Positions 1 through 8,370 of a stretch of DNA of 64,000 bases are shown here, piece after piece. The notes beneath the pieces are model-generated. The model searched no databases and had not been told where the DNA came from. It worked only from the letters and a program-made list of their open reading frames with translations. Made by a program: the position numbers and the translations under genes. The stretch covers positions 1 to 64,000 of the IMG/VR virus record IMGVR_UViG_2513237100_000001. One strand, written 5' to 3'. Source of the DNA: a virus. Its lineage: Duplodnaviria > Caudoviricetes. Positions within the stretch are counted from its first letter, which is position 1, and every line of letters starts with the position of its first letter.

Positions 1-128
1 GATGCACGACTCCGAGGAACAGCGCGCCGCCATCGCCGCCGAACTGGACCGCCTGACCCCCGCCTGACCGTCTGCTGTGTGGCCGCCCCACCACAGGCGG
101 CCACCCCAACCGGAAGGACCACCCCGCC

Positions 129-380
129 ATGGCCAAGAACAAGGCCCGCGACGAACTGCTCGCCGCCATCAGCTTCAACGACGCCGCGAACACCGGCCGC
201 ACCCCGGAAGAACTGATCGCCGCCTACCGCGCCGAGGTGCTGCACCGGGCCGCCGCCCTCCAGGACTCCCAGGCCTCGTGTGACGCCATCAGGCGACGCC
301 GCAACATCGCCACCGGACGCCGCCTCGTGGCCGCCGACCTGCGCGCCATGGCCGACGACGCCACCGAGGAGGCCCGGTGA
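129..380 (+). CDS. Phage hypothetical protein
   Basis: AAGGA RBS upstream, GC3-biased codons, GTGA coupling to the next gene. Confidence 0.75.
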   Translation: MAKNKARDELLAAISFNDAANTGRTPEELIAAYRAEVLHRAAALQDSQASCDAIRRRRNIATGRRLVAADLRAMADDATEEAR

Positions 381-670
381 CCACCGACCTCGACGGGTGC
401 CGCCGCGCCTGCCGCGTCAAGGGCCAGCACACGCTGGTCTGGGGCGAATGCGAGCACGCCGCCCAGCCCGAACCCACCGTCAGCATGTCGAAGATCTACA
501 CCGACTCCGACGGACACCCCTCGATCGGCTTCGACAGATACACCGCCCAGCAGCTCGCCGACCTCATCGAACCCGCGCTGCGCAAGGCCAGCCTCGCCGG
601 GGGCTACGACCGCCTGGCCCTGGCCGCTGCCTACCAGATCATCCACCGCAACGGAGAGGGGGCCCGGTGA
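377..670 (+). CDS. Phage hypothetical protein (Cys/His N-terminus)
   Basis: GAGGAGG RBS and GTGA overlaps at both ends. Confidence 0.75.
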   Translation: MTTDLDGCRRACRVKGQHTLVWGECEHAAQPEPTVSMSKIYTDSDGHPSIGFDRYTAQQLADLIEPALRKASLAGGYDRLALAAAYQIIHRNGEGAR

Positions 671-846
671 CCACCCAGCCCCGTGAGCTGAACAGCTGCG
701 GATTCAGTAGCGAGACCATCGCCGCCGAGTACGAGACCGACGCCGCGCTGCACGAGGTCGGACTCGACATGAACGACCCGTACTTCACCACCGCATGGGC
801 CGCAGAGCAAGAGCAGCGAGCACTCGACCGGGAGACCGCCCGATGA
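667..846 (+). CDS. Small acidic hypothetical protein
   Basis: GTG at 667 overlaps the previous stop; ATGA overlap with the next gene. Confidence 0.7.
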   Translation: MTTQPRELNSCGFSSETIAAEYETDAALHEVGLDMNDPYFTTAWAAEQEQRALDRETAR

Positions 847-1310
847 GCGCTCTCGCTGTCCCGGCCGTACTCGCCGCCGGGTACGTGCTCGGACGGTGGA
901 GGCCCTGGTCCCGTCTCGGACGCTGGGCTGACCGGCGGACGCGCGACGACGGGCGGTGGTGGCTCAACGAGAACCGCCTTGCCGCCGCCCTGTTCGTCGC
1001 GACCTGCCCGCGCGGCTCCCTCTACGCCTGGCGCCACCGCAACGACCCACCGCCCCCGCGCAGCCCCGCCCTCCAGTTCCGCGTCCCCCGACGACGCCAC
1101 CGAGGAGCCGAAGTGACGCAGCAGCCCGCCTACGACGATTCCGACCTCTGCACCGCCGAATACCCGGGCGACGAACTCCACGTCGGTCAGCTCTGCGACC
1201 TCAAGGCGGGACACGACGGTGACCACGTCGCGGTCGTCGGACTCGCCACCGCGTTCCGGAGTCGCCTGACCTGGCCCAGTGCCCCGCCCACCACCGAGGG
1301 AGCCCGGTGA
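843..1310 (+). CDS. Hypothetical; probably two genes (843-1116 and 1113-1310) joined by a +1 frameshift near 1080
   Basis: Internal GAGGAG RBS plus GTG at 1113; the alternative frame ends ASPDDATEEPK-TGA, like the DDATEEAR end of the 129-380 gene. Confidence 0.55.
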   Translation: MSALAVPAVLAAGYVLGRWRPWSRLGRWADRRTRDDGRWWLNENRLAAALFVATCPRGSLYAWRHRNDPPPPRSPALQFRVPRRRHRGAEVTQQPAYDDSDLCTAEYPGDELHVGQLCDLKAGHDGDHVAVVGLATAFRSRLTWPSAPPTTEGAR

Positions 1311-1866
1311 CCACCCAGCCCGACCGATCCCGTACCGCCCGATTCCTGGACGCCGTCACCCACAGCGGCCCCGGATACGACACCACGCCCAACGCCACGG
1401 CGAGCAACACCACCAGCCGCCTCCACCACCTCCTCGACCGCATGCAACGCGGGGTGCTCCTCCCCGAGGAAGCCGAGCAGCTCGCCGGACTCGTCCGGCT
1501 GCTCCAGGCCCGCGTCACCGACCAGGACGGGGCCGCCAGCGTCACCGTGAGCGCCGTCCGGCTCATGAACGAAGCCGGAACCCAACGCACCACGCCGAGG
1601 CCCGTGTCCGCGAACTGGAGGCCAACACCGCCACGCTCCAGGACGCCCTCGCTGCCGTCACCGGGCAATGCCGCAGTCTCGAAGCAGAGCTCGTTACCGC
1701 ACGCTCCACCATCGACCGGGTACGGGACCTTGCCGGCCGGTACCAGATGTGGCACGAGGGTGGCTGGGCGCCCAGTTCGGCCGCCGATGTTGCCCGCGAG
1801 TACCGGGCCGTCGTTGACGGGCAGGCGGATGGGTCCGGCAACACCCTGCCCGCCGCGTGGAGTTGA
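1307..1866 (+). pseudogene. Coiled-coil hypothetical protein with an apparent 1-bp deletion near 1588
   Basis: Protein-like sequence switches frame from MNEAGTQR to HAEARVRELEANTATLQDAL...AAWS*; could be a sequencing error. Confidence 0.6.
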
Positions 1867-2279
1867 CGCAGTTGAGCCCCGCTCGTTCCGGGGATTCACC
1901 GGTCGGGCGGGGCTGGGGAATGCGAAATGGTGCCGGAATGGTGGCAGGAATACCAGTGGACTAGACCCGTGCTGCGAAACACGCCGCCCCTGAAAGACGG
2001 ATTCGAGTCGTCACCCTATTTCGGTATCCCCGCCACCTTTCCGAACCTTCACAGGATTTCCGCCACGGAACCACCGCATCACCAACGGTAAAGCCATGGC
2101 CAAGAATTCTGTGTGCAAGGCAACCCTGACCGGACTGAACTGCCAGCCAGGACCCCCTGCACCTCCCATCATGCCCCGTCAGCACCCGCGTATCTTCGGG
2201 GAGTTTCCATTAACAAACCGCCCGTCCTGGTTCACAATCTGTGTACCCAACACCGTTCCACCCACGGGGGATTACCCAC

Positions 2280-3122
2280 ATGCACAAGCAAGCCCTGCAC
2301 GACTTCCTCAAAGAACGACGAGCCCGCGTCACCCCAAAATCTGTTGGCCTCCCCGAACCCACCGGCCCAGGACGCCGCACCCCCGGCCTCTCCCAACAAA
2401 ACATCGACCACCTACTCCACTCCAGCGTCCACACCTACTACCGGCTCGAAACCGGCAAAACCCCCCGCGTAAAACCCGACTACCTCCGCGCCCTCGCCCA
2501 ACTCCTCGCACTCAACGAACACGAATGGGTCCTCCTCCACCGATACGCCCTCGAACAAGAACCCCCCGCACCCCTCCACCCCGACGCCGGCTACCTCATC
2601 CCCACCCCATGGCAACGGGCCGTAGACGGCATCACCCGCGACATGGCCTACGTCGGAGACGCAGCCTGGAACGTCGTCGCCTACAACGACCTATGGCGGA
2701 CCATGTTCCCGTCCGGGCAAGTCCCCGCGAACACCATGCGGTGGATGTGCCTGTCCGACGAAGCGCGCACCGTCCTCACCGACTGGGACACCCAATGGGC
2801 GCCCCGCGTCCTCCCCCAACTCCGCGGTGCGGTTGCCATGCGCCGCGACCCCACCCTCCTCCAGATCGAGCAGGACGTCCTCAACGACCCGATCGCCGGC
2901 CCCCTGTACGAAGCCCGCGGTGTCACCCTCCACCCCGACGGCGACGAACGACCCCTTCACCATGCGGCGCACGGGCCCGGTTGGGTCACCATGTGCTCCG
3001 CGACCCCGGAGTCCGCCCCCGGCGCCCGACTGATGATCCTGCTGTTCTCGAAGACGAAGCGCGGGACACCACCCGGCCCCCCTCTCCGGGCTGTTACCCC
3101 TGGTCACATAGGTAACGAATAA
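2280..3122 (+). CDS. MmyB/MltR-family transcription factor (XRE HTH plus PAS-like ligand-binding domain)
   Basis: LHDFLKERRARVTP..GLP..GRRTPGLSQ..YYRLETG N-terminus; AYVGDAAWNVVAYN, NTMRW, DWDTQWA C-terminal signature. Confidence 0.92.
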   Translation: MHKQALHDFLKERRARVTPKSVGLPEPTGPGRRTPGLSQQNIDHLLHSSVHTYYRLETGKTPRVKPDYLRALAQLLALNEHEWVLLHRYALEQEPPAPLHPDAGYLIPTPWQRAVDGITRDMAYVGDAAWNVVAYNDLWRTMFPSGQVPANTMRWMCLSDEARTVLTDWDTQWAPRVLPQLRGAVAMRRDPTLLQIEQDVLNDPIAGPLYEARGVTLHPDGDERPLHHAAHGPGWVTMCSATPESAPGARLMILLFSKTKRGTPPGPPLRAVTPGHIGNE

Positions 3123-3125
3123 CCC

Positions 3126-3165
3126 ACCAGGGGCAGCAATCAGGCCACCACGGGCTATTTTGAGC
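3126..3165 (+). promoter_or_regulatory. PKS promoter: ACCAGGGGCAGCA box followed 17 nt later by TATTTT (-10); inverted box copy at 3092-3104
   Basis: Same 13-mer and spacing as upstream of the portal and lysis genes. Confidence 0.65.
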
Positions 3166-3192
3166 AATCCGTGCCTAGCCCGTGGAGGTCCC

Positions 3193-4239
3193 GTGCCCGC
3201 CCCCGCCTACGTCACCACCCCGCAGGTCACCCTCCCCCCACACAAGATCACCACCAGCGAAATCCTCGACGACATCCGGCACCACCACCCCGACCACCCC
3301 CGGCTCCCCGTCATCCTCCGCGCCATCACCAACAGTGGCGTCACCACCCGCCACTACACCCGGCCCCTCCACTCCCCCACCGTCAACGGCACCGCGGACG
3401 TCCACGAACGCACCCAAGCCGCATTCGACGACGCCCTCGACATGGCCACCCAGGCCGCCGCCCAGGCCCTCACCCACGCCGGGCTCACCCCCGCCGACAT
3501 CGACGCGGTCGTCACATCCCACGCCACCGGCTGGTCCGTCCCCAACCTCGACGTGCACCTCATAGCCCGCCTCGGCCTGAATCCCACCACCCGCCGGCTC
3601 CCCATGACCACACTCGCTTGCGCCGGCGGTGTCCACTCCCTGATCCGCGCCCACGACCACGTCACCGCCCACCCCGACGCCAGGGTGCTGGTGGTGGCGA
3701 CGGAGGCACTGTCGACGTCGTACAACCATGCCGACACCAGCATCCCCAGCATGATCTACAAGGCGTTGTTCGCGGACTCGGCGGCCGCGACCATCGTCAC
3801 CGCGGAACCCCTCCAGCCTGGTCTCCGTATCACCGACACCCTGGAGTACTGGCTCCCTGACAGTCTCGACCGGTACGCGGGGCGCCTCGACACCACGGGC
3901 ATGCACTTCGACTCCACCCGCCAAGCCCCCGCCAGCGCAGCACAAACCATGCCCGCCCTCCGGGAGTGGCTCGGGCCCCGCATCGTCGACTGGGCGGTCA
4001 TCCACCCCGGCGGGCCCAGCATCATCCACGACGTCGCCACGGCTCTCGGCCTCGACGACGTAGACGCACACCACTCCTACGCGTCTCTCGCCGAGTGCGG
4101 CAACCTGGGTGGGGCGTCCGTTCTCGACGTCCTCGCCCGCACCCACACCACCCCGCCCCACGCTGACGCGGTGGGGGTCATGGCCGCGTTCGGGCCGGGC
4201 TTCACCCTGTCCGCGATCCGCGGCACCTGGCACGCCTGA
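3193..4239 (+). CDS. Type III polyketide synthase (PhlD/RppA/germicidin-synthase-like)
   Basis: Cys-His-Asn triad intact (LACAGG, IHPGG, CGNLGGAS); ALFAD; AFGPG; N-terminus PPHKITT...HPDHPRL resembles PhlD; GGAGG RBS. Confidence 0.95.
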   Translation: MPAPAYVTTPQVTLPPHKITTSEILDDIRHHHPDHPRLPVILRAITNSGVTTRHYTRPLHSPTVNGTADVHERTQAAFDDALDMATQAAAQALTHAGLTPADIDAVVTSHATGWSVPNLDVHLIARLGLNPTTRRLPMTTLACAGGVHSLIRAHDHVTAHPDARVLVVATEALSTSYNHADTSIPSMIYKALFADSAAATIVTAEPLQPGLRITDTLEYWLPDSLDRYAGRLDTTGMHFDSTRQAPASAAQTMPALREWLGPRIVDWAVIHPGGPSIIHDVATALGLDDVDAHHSYASLAECGNLGGASVLDVLARTHTTPPHADAVGVMAAFGPGFTLSAIRGTWHA

Positions 4240-4256
4240 GAAACGCGCACGACAAC

Positions 4257-4287
4257 GCCCCCGCCCGGCCGAAGCCGAACGGGGGTG
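4257..4287. terminator. Putative stem-loop between convergent genes
   Basis: CGCCCCCG...CGGGGGTG imperfect hairpin just after the PKS stop. Confidence 0.45.
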
Positions 4288-4396
4288 CAGGCTGCTATGG
4301 GGTGCTGTGCTGCCTTGTCGGGACTGCGGTATGCCGGGGCTCGGGGAGGGGGGACTGCCCTCGGCCGCGGGTCGTCCAGATGCCCGTGCGGGTCGG

Positions 4397-4972
4397 TTAC
4401 CGACTCGACAGGTCCTCACGGGGCGTGCGGTTGCCCTTGCCGGGGCGGGAGTCCAGGGCGTCGCGGACCTCTCCGGAACGGAAGTAGGCCTGCGGGCGCC
4501 CGGACTCCGGGTTCGGGCCGTAGTGGAACGGCTTCACGCCGAGCCGGGACATCGCCTTGGAGGCAGCCTTGGCCGGCTCCTTCGCCGTGGAACGCATCTC
4601 GTCGCGGCCGATGGCCTCCAGCGTCAGCGGGTCGTGGCGCTCGATGATCTCGTCCAGGGAGACGTCTTCCAGGCACCCCGCGATGTCCAGGCCGCCGTAC
4701 TCGTCGGTCGGGTAGTCGTCGAACTCGCCTTCCTCCGGGTGAGCGGGGCCGATGAACTCGTCCCCGCACAGCGACACGTCCGCCGGCAGGGCCCGCTCGA
4801 TCGCGGCCCGGTACGCGCGCTGGATCTCGCCCAGGGCCCCGGACTTCTCCAGCAGCTCCTGCCAGTCGGGGTCCCCGGTGCCGATGTGGTCGGTGACGTC
4901 GGCGTCCGGGCTGGTCGAGAAGGTGCTGACCTTGCTGCTCCAGGTGCCGTAGCTGGCGGTGGTGTAGCTCAT
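4397..4972 (-). CDS. Hypothetical protein with acidic N-domain and probable C-terminal DNA-binding (Xis/MerR-like) region
   Basis: AAGGAG RBS; C-terminal GRPQAYFRSGEVRDALDSRPGKGNRT. Confidence 0.7.
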   Translation of the reverse strand: MSYTTASYGTWSSKVSTFSTSPDADVTDHIGTGDPDWQELLEKSGALGEIQRAYRAAIERALPADVSLCGDEFIGPAHPEEGEFDDYPTDEYGGLDIAGCLEDVSLDEIIERHDPLTLEAIGRDEMRSTAKEPAKAASKAMSRLGVKPFHYGPNPESGRPQAYFRSGEVRDALDSRPGKGNRTPREDLSSR

Positions 4973-5007
4973 GGCGGGCTCCTTCGTGTGTCCTCTTGGC
5001 GATGACT

Positions 5008-5038
5008 CCATAATGCCGTACGTACGGCATTATGGCAA
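5008..5038 (-). promoter_or_regulatory. 28-bp perfect palindrome (5008-5035) overlapping a TTGCCA-N17-CATTAT promoter
   Basis: CCATAATGCCGTAC|GTACGGCATTATGG. Confidence 0.75.
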
Positions 5039-5070
5039 GAGGGGCCACCCGAGAAGTAGGAGCCAAGCAC

Positions 5071-5544
5071 TTACAGGTCCAGCACCGCCCACACCCGGCG
5101 CCCGTCCTCCGCCGTGTCCACCCCACACGACACCGCACCCAAAGCGGCCAGCCCCGACAGCACCTCACCCCCACCCGCGGTCAGCCCCGACCGGTGCGAC
5201 AACGCCACGATCAACGCCTGCCGGTCCTGGTCCGCCAGGTGTACGGACACCCGCCGGCCACCGTCCGCGACCGCGGTCCGCACCAGCAGCCCCGTCAGCC
5301 CCTCCGCCACCCGGTCCGCCTCCCGATACCCCCACTCGTGCAACCGGCCCAGGACAAACCCCGCAGCCTTCCCCGCGGCCCACGGGGCGGCCTCCAGGCA
5401 CCAGTTCGCCGCCCGCCGGTTCCGAACCTCCATACGCGCCCGCGCCGGGCCCGTGACGGCCGTCTCAGGGCGCGGCGGGGAGATTGGGCGCTTCGGTGGG
5501 GGTGGGGTCTTCGGCGGGTAGTCCGGGGTGTGCTCGACAGTCAT
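5071..5544 (-). CDS. Degenerate HATPase_c / RsbW-like anti-sigma-type protein
   Basis: LHEWG, LLVRTAV in place of the ELVTNAV N-box, C-terminal CGVD..DGRRVWAVL. Confidence 0.65.
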   Translation of the reverse strand: MTVEHTPDYPPKTPPPPKRPISPPRPETAVTGPARARMEVRNRRAANWCLEAAPWAAGKAAGFVLGRLHEWGYREADRVAEGLTGLLVRTAVADGGRRVSVHLADQDRQALIVALSHRSGLTAGGGEVLSGLAALGAVSCGVDTAEDGRRVWAVLDL

Positions 5545-5625
5545 GAGGGCTCCCAGGATCGGCGGAGGCCGCTCATCGTAGGGTCGCCGTCACCCCGAGG
5601 GGCCGGAAACGGTGAGGGCGGCCCG

Positions 5626-5994
5626 CTACGTCGAGGCCAGCTCGGTCTCGGGCCGGCAGATCTCGCACGGTTGGATATCCGGTTCCGCCAGGGCGACCAT
5701 GGCGTCCTCGCGGTTGATGAACCCGCCACCGCCCGAGTTGAACAGGGTGCAGTTCCCCCGATGCAGCAGGGCTGTCGCGTTGGAACGCTGCGGTTGGATC
5801 TTCCACAACATTTCAGCCCGCGCCTGCTCCCGGCGGCGCCGCGCTTGTTCCTCCTGCACCTCCAGATCCCGGATACGGCCACGAACCTGCCGCAACTGGT
5901 ACTCCAGCCACTCGGCCAACGCCCGGTTCTTCTCCAGCGGGGTCGGCTCCCGGTACGGCTGGTCGAGCTCGTCAGGCCCCGGCCAGTCAGACAC
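5626..5994 (-). CDS. DUF6233-like small zinc-binding protein
   Basis: LHRGNC...REDAMVAL...PCEICRPETEL; N-terminal coiled coil. Confidence 0.75.
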   Translation of the reverse strand: MSDWPGPDELDQPYREPTPLEKNRALAEWLEYQLRQVRGRIRDLEVQEEQARRRREQARAEMLWKIQPQRSNATALLHRGNCTLFNSGGGGFINREDAMVALAEPDIQPCEICRPETELAST

Positions 5995-6229
5995 CGGTGG
6001 TCTTCTTCGCGGGGAGCAACGCCCGGCAGGCCGGGCAGAGGGGGTTGCCGCCGTGCCCGTACCGGTGGGTGGGCTGTCGGCAGGTGGCACAGGGCCCGGT
6101 CTGGGTACTCATACGCCCAGCGTACGACCGGTACGGGCGGTGACCTGCGGCAACCCCCAGGGCGCACGAAAGCGGCCCGTCGCACCAAAGTTATGTTGCG
6201 CAACACACAACTTCGCTAGAGTGGGACTC

Positions 6230-6862
6230 GTGAAAACCGCACCCGGACCACTCCTCAAGGCCCTCACCGACCTCTGGTCCCACGCCCAGGCCAAACACCC
6301 CGAACTCCCCCCGGTCCGAATCGGCATCATCACAAGCGCACCCCCCGTCAGCCACGAAGCCATCCGCTGGGAAGACCACGAAGGCCGCGACCCGCTGCTC
6401 GCCATCAGCCGTGACACCCTCCGCGCAGGCCACACCGAAGCCCTTGAGTACGTGCTGCACGAGGCAGCCCACCTGCTCTGCTGGCGCAGAGGACTGGTCG
6501 ACACCGTCACGCGTGGCGTCTACCACAACGCCCGATACCTGAGCGTCGCCGTAGAGATCGGCCTGGAATGGCCGACAGGAGCCAAGCGCACGCCAGGACG
6601 CGGGTTCTTCAACCCCAGACTGACGACGGCCACCAAGGGCGAATACCAGAGCAACCTTCGCGCGCTCGCCGACGTCCTACCCCTCGTACTCCCACACCTC
6701 GACCTGCCTGACCCGCACCGCAACAAAACGCCCTCCCGGATCACGCTCGTCTGCCAGTGCCCAGAGCCACGCCGATTCCAAATCTCCCCCACCGTTGCCG
6801 AGCAGGGCCCCATCGTCTGCGGAGTATGCCGAGCAGACTTTGCCGACCCTGCCAGCCCCTGA
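6230..6862 (+). CDS. SprT-like zincin metalloprotease with C-terminal Zn ribbon, probably leaderless
   Basis: VLHEAAHL..YHNARY; CQC..CGVC; TAGAGT -10 at 6217-6222. Confidence 0.8.
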   Translation: MKTAPGPLLKALTDLWSHAQAKHPELPPVRIGIITSAPPVSHEAIRWEDHEGRDPLLAISRDTLRAGHTEALEYVLHEAAHLLCWRRGLVDTVTRGVYHNARYLSVAVEIGLEWPTGAKRTPGRGFFNPRLTTATKGEYQSNLRALADVLPLVLPHLDLPDPHRNKTPSRITLVCQCPEPRRFQISPTVAEQGPIVCGVCRADFADPASP

Positions 6863-6948
6863 ACGCGCGAAAGCGGGCTGCCACCCCGTGAAGGATGACG
6901 GCCCGCCCTGCTGCTCTCTGCGCCCCCAGGCTGCGCCCACCGTACGCC

Positions 6949-7464
6949 TCAGCCGGCGTCCTCGTTCAGGGTCTCGACAGCGCGTACTGCAGCCCGGTAT
7001 CGGCGGGCCTTCGCGACAGCCGCGTCATCCCAACCGTGCAACCGCTGCATCTCCTCCAGCGCCCCGTGCACGCACGTCTCGTCGTGTGTCTCCTGCTCGC
7101 AGTCCCAGCCGCACAGAACAGCCCACAGCCACGCGTCGACCCGGTACTCACCCCAGTCCCGGGAACTGGTGGACAGGAGGCGGACCAGCCCCTCGAACAT
7201 CGGGGCCAGCGTCTGGAGCGTCTCCTCTGCGGCCGCAAGGCGTTCTCGCAGCATGTCCGGATCATCGTCCTTCGGTAGCGCGGCGTCCTTCCCGGCCCTG
7301 CCCAACAGGTAGTCGATGCCTTCGACGGTCCGCCACACGTCCATGTGCTCCGGGTACAACTGGAACGCCTCGGCGCGCTCGCGCAGCACTTCCTCGGTCA
7401 GGCCGGTGGACGCGATGAGCTGGGCACGCTGCGCCTGCAACTCGGCAGGAGTCTTCTCCGTCAT
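6949..7464 (-). CDS. Phage hypothetical protein
   Basis: GGAGG RBS, ATGA coupling. Confidence 0.7.
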   Translation of the reverse strand: MTEKTPAELQAQRAQLIASTGLTEEVLRERAEAFQLYPEHMDVWRTVEGIDYLLGRAGKDAALPKDDDPDMLRERLAAAEETLQTLAPMFEGLVRLLSTSSRDWGEYRVDAWLWAVLCGWDCEQETHDETCVHGALEEMQRLHGWDDAAVAKARRYRAAVRAVETLNEDAG

Positions 7465-7883
7465 GCCGTGGCCTCCGTGCCGTTGAGAGCGTCGATGGTC
7501 GGGCAGGGGTGCGGGATGAACGCCACCCACTCCTCCGCCGCGGGGCCCGTGCTGCGGCGCACAGAGCACTCACCGCACCAGGCCTGCCCCATGTGCTGCA
7601 CAGGCGCGTGAAGGGCCGCGACGCGCGTCCTGACGCCCGTGTCGGGGAGCTCGGGCTCGCGCTCCGTGGGCTGGTCGTAGGCGCTGATCGTGACCCGCGG
7701 CGGCCGCCCCGCCAGACCCTCCTCCCGCCCCCACCGGAACAAGGCATCGGCCTGCTCGTACAAGTCCCGCCAATCCGGGGTCCGGCACAGCGCGCACAGT
7801 CGGACGGACAAGGGGTGCCCGCCGAGCATGCGGACTTCATAGGCGTGGTCGCACACAGACTGCGCGGACTGAGGCTCGGTCAT
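7461..7883 (-). CDS. Cys-rich hypothetical protein
   Basis: AAGGAG RBS; CxxC motifs; PCPTIDAL end. Confidence 0.7.
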   Translation of the reverse strand: MTEPQSAQSVCDHAYEVRMLGGHPLSVRLCALCRTPDWRDLYEQADALFRWGREEGLAGRPPRVTISAYDQPTEREPELPDTGVRTRVAALHAPVQHMGQAWCGECSVRRSTGPAAEEWVAFIPHPCPTIDALNGTEATA

Positions 7884-8161
7884 GCTGCTGTCTCCTTGCC
7901 AAGGTGCTCGTTGATGGCGTCCCGGAGTTCCCGGAGTGCCTCTGTGCTGATCCCGATGTCCGCCGACCACACCTGCGTGTCCAGGTAGTCGATCTCCGGG
8001 AAGTGGATGTGGACGCCGTCGTCGTCCTCGGGGTCGTTGGCGACGATCCGCACCCCTTGTGGGCCACAGTCCGGGGCCGGGCAGGCGTGCCGGTGGCCGC
8101 GGTGCGTCTCCAGGCCGCCGTACACGCCGGGGCCTTGGTGGGTGGTCTCCTGCCCGGTCAT
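7880..8161 (-). CDS. Hypothetical protein
   Basis: AAGGAG RBS, ATGA coupling. Confidence 0.7.
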   Translation of the reverse strand: MTGQETTHQGPGVYGGLETHRGHRHACPAPDCGPQGVRIVANDPEDDDGVHIHFPEIDYLDTQVWSADIGISTEALRELRDAINEHLGKETAA

Positions 8162-8370
8162 GCTGCGGTCTCCTTGGGGTTGTAGGTGTCGATGGCGGGC
8201 ACGGTGACGACACGGCGCCCGTTGTGCCGGTTCGGCCAGTACGCGGCCGGGTTGTACGAGGCGGGCTTCCCGGACTGGGGGCAGCGGGGTTGGCCGTGCG
8301 CCCAGTACCGGCCGTGGGGGGTTATCGCGGTGCGGCGGCCGCAGTGGGGGCACGACCGGCGGGCGGTCAC
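8158..8370 (-). CDS. Small zinc-finger hypothetical protein
   Basis: CPHCG..H..CPQSG. Confidence 0.7.
   Translation of the reverse strand: MTARRSCPHCGRRTAITPHGRYWAHGQPRCPQSGKPASYNPAAYWPNRHNGRRVVTVPAIDTYNPKETAA

Noticed and set aside
2280-3700. Strong C-rich strand skew
   Set aside because: Similar skewed patches occur in several places (e.g. 12.3-13.4 kb, 32.1-33.0 kb); I could not tie them to a specific function
5008-5035. Palindrome as a protelomerase (hairpin telomere) site
   Set aside because: No recognisable protelomerase in the window, and it overlaps a plausible promoter; an operator is the simpler explanation
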